Part shown: in pieces, positions 10,217 through 20,210 of the stretch
Position numbering within the stretch: the stretch's first letter is position 1
Layout of the letters: every line of letters begins with the position of its first letter
Assembly (NCBI GenBank): GCA_919902985.1
Contig: CAKKSC010000004.1
Location: 32,230-96,229 of the forward strand
DNA: 64,000 nt
From: Desulfuromonadales bacterium
GTDB lineage: Bacteria; Desulfobacterota; JAENJC01
Direction: 5' to 3'
The notes under the pieces: generated by a model
Seen by the model: only the letters and a program-made list of their open reading frames with translations
The model's database searches: none
What the model was told of the DNA's origin: nothing
Program-made: the position numbers and the translations under genes

Positions 10217-10502
10217 TACAAGGTATCCTGCACAAAAAAAGGTCTGAACTGCTAATACCCATCCGGGTATAATACCAAGTAAGCTTTCATTAACCTTAAA
10301 AGTAGATATTTGAAAGCAACTTGGTATAAAAGATGCGCATCAACAAAACGTGTCAACAGAAGGACAAAGTGGGCAAAAAAATAACACAATAAAGCGATGC
10401 CTGTCAACATAAACCATCCACTGGCTTCATGTTAAGAAAATACTTGACGCTTAACCAGGCAGTGATGTAATATCATAAAAATAATAAGCAGTTGGAGGAT
10501 GT

Positions 10503-10778
10503 ATGAACAAGTCCGAACTCGTAATTGCCCTGGCCAAAAAGGAAAACCTTACAAAACAAAAGGCCGAAGATGTCATAAATACAATATTCGATACCATGTC
10601 TGATGCCCTGCTTGCTGGACAAAGGATTGAGATAAGGGGTTTTGGCAGCTTTATTGTGAGGGAATACAGCTCCTATACAGGCAGGAACCCCAAGACCGGT
10701 GAGTCCATTTCCGTTGCGCCAAAGAAACTTCCCTTCTTTAAAGTGGGCAAGGAGTTGAAAAAGATAGTAGATAACTAA
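10503..10778 (+). CDS. ihfB: Integration host factor beta / HU family protein
   Basis: 'MNKSEL', 'IEIRGFGSF', 'GRNPKTGE', 'PFFKVGKELK'. Confidence 0.9.
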   Translation: MNKSELVIALAKKENLTKQKAEDVINTIFDTMSDALLAGQRIEIRGFGSFIVREYSSYTGRNPKTGESISVAPKKLPFFKVGKELKKIVDN

Positions 10779-10785
10779 TATCCTG

Positions 10786-11481
10786 ATGCTTAAGCTCACC
10801 AAGGTTCACATCCACTATGGAAAAATTGAGGCCCTGAAAGGAATCTCTTTAGAAATAAATCAGGGCGAGATTGTTTCCCTCATCGGCGCTAATGGGGCTG
10901 GGAAATCTACAGCTCTCATGGCCATATCAGGTATAATCAAACCATCCAAAGGGCATATTGAGTTCGAAGGAAAGAGGATAGACTCAATATCTCCTGACGC
11001 TGTTGTAAGGCTTGGAATATCCCAGGTCCCTGAAGGGAGAAGGATTTTCCCCAGGCTTACTGTGAAGGAGAATCTCTCGCTGGGCGCCTACCTTAGAAAA
11101 GACCGGATAGAAAATGATTTAGAACACATCTTTGGGATTTTCCCTATTCTTAAAGAAAGGCTGAATCAGACAGGAGGGACTCTCAGCGGTGGGGAACAGC
11201 AGATGCTGGCGATAGGAAGGGCCCTGATGGGAAAGCCCAGACTTCTTCTCCTTGATGAACCATCTCTGGGACTTGCGCCGATATTTGTAAACAAGATATT
11301 TGAGGTGATCCAGGAAATAAACAGAGAGGGAGTAACCGTTCTCCTCGTAGAACAAAACGCCCACCTCGCGCTCCAGGTGTCCCACAGGGGGTATATCCTT
11401 GAAACCGGCAGGGTCGTCAACCATGACGAGTCGCACAGACTTCTAAACAACGAAGAGGTCAGAGAGGCCTACTTGGGATAA
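10786..11481 (+). CDS. livF: Branched-chain amino acid ABC transporter ATP-binding protein (LivF family)
   Basis: 'GANGAGKS', 'VPEGRRIF', 'LSGGEQQMLA', 'LLLDEPSLGLAP', 'LVEQN'. Confidence 0.92.
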   Translation: MLKLTKVHIHYGKIEALKGISLEINQGEIVSLIGANGAGKSTALMAISGIIKPSKGHIEFEGKRIDSISPDAVVRLGISQVPEGRRIFPRLTVKENLSLGAYLRKDRIENDLEHIFGIFPILKERLNQTGGTLSGGEQQMLAIGRALMGKPRLLLLDEPSLGLAPIFVNKIFEVIQEINREGVTVLLVEQNAHLALQVSHRGYILETGRVVNHDESHRLLNNEEVREAYLG

Positions 11482-11495
11482 TCTCCAAAAAGCGC

Positions 11496-11567
11496 AGAGG
11501 TTAAGAGGTTGAGGAGTTGAGAGAAGTTTTTTATTAATTTCTGAACTTCCTAACTTCTTAACTTCTT
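11496..11567. repeat. Imperfect palindrome of ~8-bp units between convergent genes (possible terminator)
   Basis: agaggttaagaggttgaggagttgagag ... tctgaacttcctaacttcttaacttct. Confidence 0.6.
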
Positions 11568-11570
11568 TCT

Positions 11571-14204
11571 TTACTTCCCATGGCACTTCTTATACTTCTT
11601 CCCGCTTCCACAGGGGCATGGATCGTTCCTCCCGACCTTTTCCCCTTCGTTATGGACAGTCGTGGGCCTAGCTTCCTGGGCGTCCCCTCGGCTCATGATA
11701 AACTTCTGGGGCCTTCTCATTTCTACTATCTCAGGGACCTCTTCTTCCCTTGCCAACTGGACCCTGAAGAGCTTTTCAACAACGTCCTCCTTGACACGGA
11801 AGACCATGTCCATAAACATGTCATAACCCTCCCTCTTGTACTCAATAAGGGGGTCTTTCTGGCCGTATCCCCTGAGGCCGATGCCTTCCTTCAGGTGGTC
11901 CATTGACAAGAGGTGGTCTTTCCAGTGTCCGTCTATGGATTGAAGCATCAGGAATTTCTCCATCTGCCTCATTATCTCGCTGCCAAGTTCATCTTCTTTC
12001 TTTTTGTAGGCATTAAGGGCTGCATTAAGGATGTCCTCTCTGGCGATATCCTTTGTTATACCCTCTCTGCTCCCGCCGGATGGGTCATAATGTATGGAAA
12101 ACTGCTTGAATAAGGAATCCCTGAGGCCTTCCCATTCCCATTCTTCGGAATATCCCTTCTCTTCGGTGTGAATATCGACAATCCCATCCACCAATTCCTC
12201 TATCATCTCCCGGATATCTTCTTTTAAGGCCTCTCCTGACAAGACCTTTTTCCTCTGTTCGTAAATCACCTTCCTCTGCTGATTCATGACATCGTCATAT
12301 TCGAGGACGTGTTTTCTTATATCGAAGTTATGGGCCTCCACCCTCTTCTGGGCCGTTTCTATGGCCCTCGTAACAAGGGCATGCTCTATAGGCTCATCCT
12401 CTTCCATCCCGAGGCGGTCCATGATGCCTGATATCCTCTCGGAACCGAATATGCGCAGCAGGTCGTCTTCCAGCGCCATGTAAAACTTTGAAGAACCTGG
12501 GTCTCCCTGCCTCCCCGCCCTGCCCCTCAGCTGGTTGTCTATCCTTCTCGATTCATGTCTTTCAGTGCCAAGGATATGCAACCCTCCGGCATCCACAACC
12601 TGCACCCTCTCAGTGGAACATGCCTCCTCGAACTCAGTGAGGGCCTTTTTGTATTCTTCAGTATTAGGGTCCTTTCCTGCCTTGGCGACTGTAAGGAATT
12701 CAGGGTTTCCACCAAGGACAATGTCCGTTCCACGACCTGCCATATTAGTTGCAATGGTGACCGCCCCGAAACGGCCCGCCTGGGCCACTATCTCCGCCTC
12801 TTTCTCGTGGTGCTTGGCATTCAGGACATGGTGCCTTACCCCCTCCCTCTTAAGGAGAGAACTGATTATTTCAGAGTTTTCAATGGATATGGTGCCAACA
12901 AGGACAGGCTGGCCCTTTTCATGGAGGAGCTTTATCTCATTTACTACCGCCCTGAACTTTTCCTTCTCTGTCTTGTAAATAACATCAGAGTAATCCTTCC
13001 TTATCGTAGGCCTGTTTGGTGGTATGACCATCACATCAAGCTTATATATCTTTTGGAACTCCTCTGCCTCTGTCTCCGCAGTACCGGTCATGCCGGAGAG
13101 TTTTTCATACATCCTGAAATAGTTCTGAAATGTGATGGAGGCGAGGGTCTGGTTTTCATTCTCTATCTTTACTCCCTCCTTAGCCTCCAGGGCCTGATGG
13201 AGACCGTCGCTATAGCGTCTTCCCGGCATCAGACGGCCGGTAAACTCGTCAACAATAAGTACCTCCCCATCCTTTACGACATAATCGACATCGACCTTGA
13301 ATAAAGCATGTGCCTTTAGCCCCTGGTTTACATGGTGCAGGGTCTCGATGTTATGGGGATCGTACAGGTTATCTACACCAAGCGCCTTTTCAACCTTTTC
13401 AACACCCTCTTCCGTTAGTACAACGCTTCGTGCCTTTTCGTCTATAGTGTAATCAGAATCCTTTTTCAGCCTCGGGATAACCTTGTCTATGGAATAATAT
13501 TTATCCGTGGAATCTTCGGCAGACCCGGATATTATAAGAGGAGTCCTCGCCTCATCGACCAGGATGCTGTCCACCTCGTCAACTATAGCGTAATGAAGTT
13601 TCCTCTGGACATATTCGTCCAGGGAAAATTTCATATTGTCCCTAAGGTAATCAAATCCGAATTCGTTGTTTGTCCCGTAAGTAATGTCTGAACCATAGGC
13701 GACCTTCCTCTCGGCGTCAGTCAGGTGATGAAGTATGCAACCAACAGAGAGGCCGAGGAAACTGTACAACCTCCCCATCCACTCGGAGTCCCTTCTGGCC
13801 AGGTAGTCGTTTACTGTAACCACATGAACACCCTCACCCTTCAGGGCGTTAAGATATGCGGGGAGGGTTGCAACCAAAGTCTTTCCTTCACCTGTTCTCA
13901 TCTCGGAGATATTCCCTTCATGCAGGACTATGCCGCCTATAAGCTGGACATCGAAGTGCCTCATCTTGAGAACTCTCCAGGATGCCTCCCTCACAACAGC
14001 AAAGGCCTCTGGGAGTATAGAATCAATAGGTTCTCCTCCTGAAAGCCGCTCCTTGAACTCTATAGTTTTACCCTGTAACTCCGAATCAGACAGGCTCTTT
14101 ACAGAACTATCCAGATCATTGATCTTCTGCACTATAGGCTGTATCCTCTTGAGCTCCCGCTCATTCTTTGTGCCAAATATCTTCTTAAGTAATGGAACTA
14201 TCAT
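11571..14204 (-). CDS. secA: Preprotein translocase ATPase SecA
   Basis: 'MRTGEGKT', '[19 protein letters not shown]', 'NMAGRGTDI', '[13 protein letters not shown]', C-terminal SEC-C '[18 protein letters not shown]'. Confidence 0.99.
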   Translation of the reverse strand: MIVPLLKKIFGTKNERELKRIQPIVQKINDLDSSVKSLSDSELQGKTIEFKERLSGGEPIDSILPEAFAVVREASWRVLKMRHFDVQLIGGIVLHEGNISEMRTGEGKTLVATLPAYLNALKGEGVHVVTVNDYLARRDSEWMGRLYSFLGLSVGCILHHLTDAERKVAYGSDITYGTNNEFGFDYLRDNMKFSLDEYVQRKLHYAIVDEVDSILVDEARTPLIISGSAEDSTDKYYSIDKVIPRLKKDSDYTIDEKARSVVLTEEGVEKVEKALGVDNLYDPHNIETLHHVNQGLKAHALFKVDVDYVVKDGEVLIVDEFTGRLMPGRRYSDGLHQALEAKEGVKIENENQTLASITFQNYFRMYEKLSGMTGTAETEAEEFQKIYKLDVMVIPPNRPTIRKDYSDVIYKTEKEKFRAVVNEIKLLHEKGQPVLVGTISIENSEIISSLLKREGVRHHVLNAKHHEKEAEIVAQAGRFGAVTIATNMAGRGTDIVLGGNPEFLTVAKAGKDPNTEEYKKALTEFEEACSTERVQVVDAGGLHILGTERHESRRIDNQLRGRAGRQGDPGSSKFYMALEDDLLRIFGSERISGIMDRLGMEEDEPIEHALVTRAIETAQKRVEAHNFDIRKHVLEYDDVMNQQRKVIYEQRKKVLSGEALKEDIREMIEELVDGIVDIHTEEKGYSEEWEWEGLRDSLFKQFSIHYDPSGGSREGITKDIAREDILNAALNAYKKKEDELGSEIMRQMEKFLMLQSIDGHWKDHLLSMDHLKEGIGLRGYGQKDPLIEYKREGYDMFMDMVFRVKEDVVEKLFRVQLAREEEVPEIVEMRRPQKFIMSRGDAQEARPTTVHNEGEKVGRNDPCPCGSGKKYKKCHGK

Positions 14205-14346
14205 TTAACCTCCAAACATCCGTAAATGCGGGCTATTTTAAGCAGAAACTCATGAAAAAAGCAAGGGGTAAGTAAGCTGAATATAAAAAGGCCCTGCTTT
14301 GTCAAGCAAGGCCAATTAACTGCAACGTGAGTGATTGTTTATACGA

Positions 14347-15249
14347 CTAATTTAAATAGTTCCTGGGATTTACCTTGGAGCCGGCCACCTTGACAAGATA
14401 ATGCAGGTGAGGACCTGTGCTCCTGCCAGTGCTGCCTACTCTTCCTATCTCCTGACCTCGTTCAACCCTCTGCCCTTCCTTTACACTGATATGCGACATG
14501 TGACCATAACCCGTCTCATAGCCATAACCATGGCTTATTGTAACTGTGTTCCCTGTGTCACCGTAATGGCCTGCTAATGTTACCACTCCATCAGCAGTTG
14601 CCATAACTGGGGCGCCTGATGGCGCGGAGATATCCAAGCCATCATGAAACTCATAATTGCTGCCAAAGGGAGATTCACGATAGCCAAACCCGGAGGATAC
14701 GTATCCATTAGCAGGCCAGATAGAAGGGGTCGCTACAAGTATTGATTCCTGGTCCTGAAGGGAAGCATGCAGTTCGTGCAGACTCTTTTCCTGGAACTTT
14801 ATCTCAAAGTCCATTCTGTCAAGCCTGCTCACCATCTCGGCAAGAGACGCCTCGTTCTTAAACGATAACTGTACTGGTTCAGGTCCCCCCTGCCCTCCAA
14901 GGGACAATCTCCTGCTTTTTACTTCCGGTTCCTCATTATTAGTGTTAGTCAATACCCTTATCTTTGTATCAAGGCTCCTTAAGCGGGCCAACTCCGCCTC
15001 CATGTCGTTTATCTTATCAGCAAACGTCTGAAGTTGGACATTCTGTATCTTTGTCTTTTCTTTAAGGCCGACGAGGTCTATCTCCTGCTTCTTTACATTA
15101 ACATAATCAAAGAATATGACAGCGGATGCAAGTAGAATTATCATTGCAGATATGGCAAGAGACTTTATAAGGAACCCCGATAGCGTCAGTTTTTTTACCC
15201 CCGCCGGGTGAGAGGGAAGGAAAAGGATTGTGAAGAATCTATTTTTCAT
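14347..15249 (-). CDS. M23-family peptidase with N-terminal TM and coiled coil
   Basis: 'HDGLD', 'YGHM', 'GRSTGPHLHY'. Confidence 0.93.
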   Translation of the reverse strand: MKNRFFTILFLPSHPAGVKKLTLSGFLIKSLAISAMIILLASAVIFFDYVNVKKQEIDLVGLKEKTKIQNVQLQTFADKINDMEAELARLRSLDTKIRVLTNTNNEEPEVKSRRLSLGGQGGPEPVQLSFKNEASLAEMVSRLDRMDFEIKFQEKSLHELHASLQDQESILVATPSIWPANGYVSSGFGYRESPFGSNYEFHDGLDISAPSGAPVMATADGVVTLAGHYGDTGNTVTISHGYGYETGYGHMSHISVKEGQRVERGQEIGRVGSTGRSTGPHLHYLVKVAGSKVNPRNYLN

Positions 15250-15362
15250 TAATATGCACCCTCATGATTATTCTTCAACTGCTATAACCAAGATTTTTAT
15301 AAAAATATCATACAAGTACGCTTTATGTCAAGTTGTTTCAATTCCTGTCTGTACCCAAGAGC

Positions 15363-15674
15363 CTATCGATCCACTTCAACATCTTCACGTGGTTCGAGAG
15401 CTGATTTCGCACAAGGACGGTGATTGAGCCCCTCCATGAAATATCCTAAATAGCAGATGGATACCTCGTCGGGATCAAGTTTCAGACAGATTGCATACTG
15501 CTCAAGGTACCCCTTCAAGTAAGAAATCGCTGGCAGATAGCTGTATTTGTCACCTTCTATATATTCAAGATAACGTTTAGATATTCTCGTTATCTCTGCT
15601 ATTTCTGTAAGCTCTATCCCTTCTGAATTTCTAATCCTTCTAAGCTCCTCCCCATTATAGCGTAACTGCCTCAT
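15363..15674 (-). CDS. RodZ-like (HTH_25) helix-turn-helix protein
   Basis: 'GEELRRIRNSEGIELTEIAEITRISKRYLEYIE...LP...YLKGYLEQYA..LKLD'. Confidence 0.85.
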   Translation of the reverse strand: MRQLRYNGEELRRIRNSEGIELTEIAEITRISKRYLEYIEGDKYSYLPAISYLKGYLEQYAICLKLDPDEVSICYLGYFMEGLNHRPCAKSALEPREDVEVDR

Positions 15675-15694
15675 GCTATATTCCCCTAAAAAAT

Positions 15695-15730
15695 AAAAAA
15701 GCCGCCGAAGGTTTTTATTCCTTTGGCGGC
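15695..15730 (-). terminator. Intrinsic terminator forming the riboswitch expression platform
   Basis: Minus strand gccgccaaaggaataaaaaccttcggcggc followed by tttttt; its 5' arm overlaps the aptamer 3' end. Confidence 0.8.
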
Positions 15731-15810
15731 TCGACTGGCATGTCCTTTAGGGATTTAGCCTCGGTACTCTGCGTCACCCGGTTTCTCGGGTTTTGCTCTG
15801 GACAAAGGAT
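15720..15810 (-). ncRNA. GEMM-I (c-di-GMP-I family) riboswitch, A20 variant (candidate 3',3'-cGAMP sensor)
   Basis: Minus strand: ccuuug..AGAGCAAAACCCGAGAAACCGGGUGACGCAGAG..GGCUAA..AUGCCAGUCGAGCCGC caaagg; GCAAA/GAAA loop/GACGC/CUAA..AUG hallmarks; P1 ccuuug/caaagg. Confidence 0.85.
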
Positions 15811-15849
15811 CGGCTGACCGATCTTTAATTTATAGTCTTTTGTGTCTAT

Positions 15850-15878
15850 AATTTACCAAATAAAAAAAATCGTGTCAA
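15850..15878 (-). promoter_or_regulatory. Sigma70-like promoter upstream of riboswitch
   Basis: Minus strand TTGACA-N17-TAAATT. Confidence 0.6.
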
Positions 15879-15926
15879 AAACTTTTTTCAGGTTGTCCTG
15901 TTAAATTCCTTGATTTAATCCCACAA

Positions 15927-15973
15927 CCACAATATATAGTCAATACAAAATAAATAACTACAATACACAGGGT
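15927..15973. promoter_or_regulatory. Candidate tandem NrdR boxes
   Basis: ccacaatatatagtca (13/16 to acaCwAtATaTwGtgt) and degenerate ctacaatacacagggt 31 bp later. Confidence 0.4.
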
Positions 15974-15979
15974 AAGCAG

Positions 15980-17533
15980 CTATTCCCATTCTATGGTACT
16001 TGGAGGCTTGGAAGAGATGTCGTAGACAACCCTGTTAACACCCTTAACTTCATTGATTATACGGCTTGATATCTCAGCCAACAGGTCATAAGGGAGCCTT
16101 ACCCAGTCGGCCGTCATCCCATCCAGAGACTCTACAGCCCGGAGCGCGATGACGTTCTCGTATGTCCTTTCATCTCCCATCACTCCTACCGTCTTCACTG
16201 GAAGGAGCACTGCAAATGACTGCCATATCTTGGTATAAAGACCGACCTTTTTTATCTCATCCAGTATTATTACATCTGCGTTCCTCAGTATCTCAAGCCT
16301 TTTCTTTGTCACCTGTCCGAGGACCCTTATTGCAAGGCCTGGACCTGGGAAAGGCTGCCTGTCAATCACCTCATCCGGCATACCAAGCTCCCTTCCGAGG
16401 GCCCTTACCTCGTCCTTAAAAAGTTCTCTCATGGGTTCTACAAGCTTGAGGCTCATCTTGTCAAGGAGGCCTCCTACATTGTGGTGGCTTTTTATAGTTG
16501 CTGAAGGCCCCTTGAATGAGACGCTCTCTATCACATCAGGATAAAGCGTCCCCTGGGCGAGAAAGCCTATATCTTTCAGTTTTAAAGCCTCTTCCTCAAA
16601 CAGATAGATGAACTCGTTGCCTATGATCTTCCTCTTTTTTTCAGGGTCTTCCACTCCGTTAAGCCTGTTTAAGAACCTGTCTGATGCATCAATAGCAACA
16701 AGGTTTATATGGAAGTATTTCCTGAATACCTCCTCAACCTTCCTGGCCTCTCCGGCCCGGAGAAGGCCGTTATCAACAAATATACATGTAAGCTGATCTC
16801 CTATCGCCTTATGGATAAGGACCGCTGTTACGGCAGAGTCTACTCCACCGCTAAGTCCGCAGATAACACCTCTTCTCCCAACCCTTTCCCTGATCTCTTT
16901 AACCTGGCTATCTATGAAAGAACCCATAGTCCAGGCAGGTTTGCACTCACATATCTCAAAGAGGAAGTTCCAAAGGATTTCTTTGCCTCTGGGTGTGTGC
17001 ACAACCTCTGGATGGAACTGTACACCATAAAAACGTCTCTTTGCATCCTTCATGGCCGCAACCGGAGAGTTGTCAGTATGAGCTATAGGACTGAAACCGT
17101 CAGGGAATTTTTCAATCCTGTCTCCATGGCTCATCCAGACTACCTCTGAACCGGAAAGCCCTTTGAAGAGGTCGCTATTATCATCAAGAGTCACATCCGC
17201 CCTGCCATATTCCCTTCTATGGGCCTTTGCAACAACTCCGCCAAGGAGGTGGGTCATAAGCTGCATCCCGTAGCATACCCCAAGGACAGGAAGACCAAGG
17301 GCAAACAAACCTTTATCTACAACAGGCGCATCCTTGTCATAAACGCTCGAAGGCCCGCCGGACAGGATTATCCCTTTTCCCCCAAACCCCTTTATCTTCT
17401 CAAGCCCGATATTGTACGGGTGTATCTCGCAGTACACCTTCTGTTCCCTGACCCTCCTCGCTATAAGCTGGGTGTACTGGGAGCCAAAATCAAGTATTAA
17501 TATCTTCTGAGAATGAATATTTTCGGGCATCAT
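15980..17533 (-). CDS. guaA: GMP synthase (glutamine-hydrolysing)
   Basis: '[14 protein letters not shown]', 'GVCYGMQ', 'QFHPEV', 'LSGGVDS', 'IKSHHNVGG', 'KPPSTIEWE'. Confidence 0.99.
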   Translation of the reverse strand: MMPENIHSQKILILDFGSQYTQLIARRVREQKVYCEIHPYNIGLEKIKGFGGKGIILSGGPSSVYDKDAPVVDKGLFALGLPVLGVCYGMQLMTHLLGGVVAKAHRREYGRADVTLDDNSDLFKGLSGSEVVWMSHGDRIEKFPDGFSPIAHTDNSPVAAMKDAKRRFYGVQFHPEVVHTPRGKEILWNFLFEICECKPAWTMGSFIDSQVKEIRERVGRRGVICGLSGGVDSAVTAVLIHKAIGDQLTCIFVDNGLLRAGEARKVEEVFRKYFHINLVAIDASDRFLNRLNGVEDPEKKRKIIGNEFIYLFEEEALKLKDIGFLAQGTLYPDVIESVSFKGPSATIKSHHNVGGLLDKMSLKLVEPMRELFKDEVRALGRELGMPDEVIDRQPFPGPGLAIRVLGQVTKKRLEILRNADVIILDEIKKVGLYTKIWQSFAVLLPVKTVGVMGDERTYENVIALRAVESLDGMTADWVRLPYDLLAEISSRIINEVKGVNRVVYDISSKPPSTIEWE

Positions 17534-17554
17534 CTATACCTTGAACATTAGTGA

Positions 17555-18100
17555 TTACAACAGCGGTTTTACTATATTCTCTATAGATTCTTTATTGAGG
17601 TCTCCGAATATCCGTTCCCTGATTATACCTTTCCTGTCTATTAAGAAGGTGGTCGGGACGCCATACACCTGGTAAAGGTTTGTTACCTCCTTGTCCTCAT
17701 CAATAAGGTTCGGGAATGTCAACCCCAGCTCTCTAACAAACTGACCGGTCTTTTCAGGCGGGTCTTCCACGTTTACGGCAATTACTACAAACCCGTCAGC
17801 CATCATATTACGAAAGCTGGATTGAAGTTTTGGCATTTCTATTTTGCAGGATTCACACCGGGTCGCCCAAAATCTGAGTAGTACAACTTTACCCTTCCAT
17901 TGGTCAAGAGAGTAGCTGTTGCCGTTAAAATCTTTTAGTGTAAATCCCGGCGAAGGCTTCCCTAACTGCTCTTCCTGGTCGGTTCGTTTTTTATTTTCAC
18001 AGGCGTTAAGAAATAGGAGTGAGAGGATGAGGGGTAACTGTAAAATCAGGGACCGTCTAAGGTTTTTCTTCTCAGTATCCTTCATATCATGACAAATCAT
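17555..18100 (-). CDS. TlpA/ResA-family disulfide reductase lipoprotein
   Basis: Lipobox 'LNAC', 'FWATRCESC', 'YQVYGVPTTFLID..G'. Confidence 0.9.
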   Translation of the reverse strand: MICHDMKDTEKKNLRRSLILQLPLILSLLFLNACENKKRTDQEEQLGKPSPGFTLKDFNGNSYSLDQWKGKVVLLRFWATRCESCKIEMPKLQSSFRNMMADGFVVIAVNVEDPPEKTGQFVRELGLTFPNLIDEDKEVTNLYQVYGVPTTFLIDRKGIIRERIFGDLNKESIENIVKPLL

Positions 18101-19260
18101 TTTACCAGACGTAATTCAGGAGATGTCTCTCCCTTTTCCACGAGAATGATAAACGGGGTTCTGATGGTCTGGGCATCTTCACTCATAGAGATTTCGCCGG
18201 AAACACCTCGAAATCCTTTTATTTCAGTAAGCGCAGTCCTGACCTTTGAAGGTTCTGTACTCCCGGCTTTCTTTATGGCCTCTGCAATTAGCATAAAGGA
18301 GTCATAACTCGCGGCAACCACAGGTGAAGGGTCCTTCCCCTTAGCATTCCTGTAAGACTCAATAAACTTCACGGTTACGGGGTCGTCAGAGAGGGTAGTG
18401 AAGCTCGTGTAGAGGACAGAGCCAATGGTGGCCTCCCCGCCTGCCTTCAAAAACTCGGCAGCATTCAGGTTCTCACTGCCCACGAATGGCGCTTTTATAC
18501 CCTGTCTTCGCAACTCCTTCAATACTTCTATCGCCCCCTTACTGTTTCCGGTAAATACGACGGCATCAATATTTGCACCTGATTCCTTTTTTAACTTGGC
18601 AATCGCCTCTTTAGTACTAAGATCAAAATGGACATAGGCCTGGGAAACCACCTCTCCCTTGTGTTTCTGTATCGCCCTCATGTAAAGGCTTACCGCATTC
18701 ATGGTAGATTCCTCATCCCGCATGGATGTTATAATTGCATACCTCTTGTATTTGAGCTTTTCAATACAGTATTTTATTGTTTCATCTGTAGCAATCTCTT
18801 CTGGAAGGGCGTTTCTAAATATATAAGGCCCGCTCTTTTCTATATGCCGCCTGCTTCCAGCAGACATAAAAATAGTCCCTGACTCGTTCGCCATCGAAAC
18901 CGGCGCAAAAGATGACAACCCGTCAGGGGAGGCAATAATCGCCACAACCTTGTCATCAATGAGCTTGCCTGCCGCCTGCATCGTCTCACGCATGACACCT
19001 TTGTTATCTACAAATGAGGTCTCAACTTTTTTACCCTGTATCCCCCCCGCCTTGTTGAATTCCCTTGCAGCCATCGCCACACCTTCAAATACATATTTGC
19101 CGAATTCAGCTGAACCTTCGCCAGTTTTCGGCCCGAGAATGCCAATCTTGAGCTTTCTGGAAGGCTCCGCTGCCGTTTCCGCTGCTGCCTTCTCTATATT
19201 TGAGGTAAAGACAATCAGCAGGAAACATGCAATTTGAATTATTAGTGACACCTTTCTCAC
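18097..19260 (-). CDS. LivK/LivJ-type periplasmic substrate-binding protein
   Basis: Signal peptide; 'KIGILGPKTG', 'FNKAGGIQGK', 'YIFRN', 'SYDS', 'GVSGEI'. Confidence 0.85.
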   Translation of the reverse strand: MRKVSLIIQIACFLLIVFTSNIEKAAAETAAEPSRKLKIGILGPKTGEGSAEFGKYVFEGVAMAAREFNKAGGIQGKKVETSFVDNKGVMRETMQAAGKLIDDKVVAIIASPDGLSSFAPVSMANESGTIFMSAGSRRHIEKSGPYIFRNALPEEIATDETIKYCIEKLKYKRYAIITSMRDEESTMNAVSLYMRAIQKHKGEVVSQAYVHFDLSTKEAIAKLKKESGANIDAVVFTGNSKGAIEVLKELRRQGIKAPFVGSENLNAAEFLKAGGEATIGSVLYTSFTTLSDDPVTVKFIESYRNAKGKDPSPVVAASYDSFMLIAEAIKKAGSTEPSKVRTALTEIKGFRGVSGEISMSEDAQTIRTPFIILVEKGETSPELRLVK

Positions 19261-20210
19261 TTCTCTTTTACCTCTAAATCAGTCGCTTCATCAGGAACAC
19301 CATCCAGGAACTCCTCTTCAAGGAGGAAAACATTCCTGTCTCCTCCCCTTTTTGCAAAAAAACCCCTGAGCTTCTTGTCCTTTTCACCGATTAACAGTGT
19401 CTCGAGGAGGTTCTTATTGTCAATGAATTTTATCTTCAGTCTTGGGTTATCGAGGCCATATGTACTAAGGCTTTGCGGGTTCTCATCTATGAACGCCTTG
19501 ACCTTCGACTTTTTTATGCCGTACAGGGTATCAAGTATCTTGGTCAGATCACTTTTACCTTTCAGGACTCCTTCCACATCCCATATATTCTCCTGCGGAT
19601 GGAGTATGGTTATGGCCTGTTTGCCGTTCCAGAGTATATCAACCTCTTTAACCATCTTAGGGTCCGTCGCTACTACAGTCTTGTCCCTGAGGTCGTAAGG
19701 CATCTTGTCAATTTCCGACCTCACATCAGCATGGACACGCAATATCCTCTTGTCCCCGCTTAATGTGGCAAATGCAACGTTCTGTGTAGGCCCTCTGTCA
19801 CCCAATGACAAGGAGGTCGACATCCCTAATGAGGTCTTCAGGGAAATGGTTATATATGGCGGCTCCAAACCCATTTCTTTCAATTTATCTACAGGAGTTT
19901 CTGTAAACAACACACCGTCAATCTTTGCCTTTACTGTGTTATTCAGCATATCGCTGACGGCAACCTGGTCGGCATAAGCCATAACCGGCTTTTCAATCAC
20001 CCAGCCTGCGGTCCCCTTCTTTGCCGAAATTACGGAATCACTCTTAGATATCTCAATACTTATCACATCTGCAGGTTCAAAGGCAAATATCCGGCGCTGT
20101 TCTTCCTCTGCAATCTCTTTATCAGTCACCTTCTCATCAAAGAAGTAGAAAATGCCGCTGAGTACTGAAAGGATTATGAGCCAGAATATGGTCTTCTTGA
20201 AAAATCTCAC
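19257..20210 (-). CDS. DUF4340-family membrane-anchored periplasmic protein
   Basis: N-terminal TM; two repeats with 'W..EKP....AD' and 'YGLD.P'; follows GldG-like gene. Confidence 0.75.
   Translation of the reverse strand: MRFFKKTIFWLIILSVLSGIFYFFDEKVTDKEIAEEEQRRIFAFEPADVISIEISKSDSVISAKKGTAGWVIEKPVMAYADQVAVSDMLNNTVKAKIDGVLFTETPVDKLKEMGLEPPYITISLKTSLGMSTSLSLGDRGPTQNVAFATLSGDKRILRVHADVRSEIDKMPYDLRDKTVVATDPKMVKEVDILWNGKQAITILHPQENIWDVEGVLKGKSDLTKILDTLYGIKKSKVKAFIDENPQSLSTYGLDNPRLKIKFIDNKNLLETLLIGEKDKKLRGFFAKRGGDRNVFLLEEEFLDGVPDEATDLEVKEK

Noticed and set aside
10322-10336. TGGTAT-N4-GATGC sigma54-like site upstream of ihfB
   Set aside because: Weak match at both elements; a sigma70-like TTGACG nearer the gene is equally plausible
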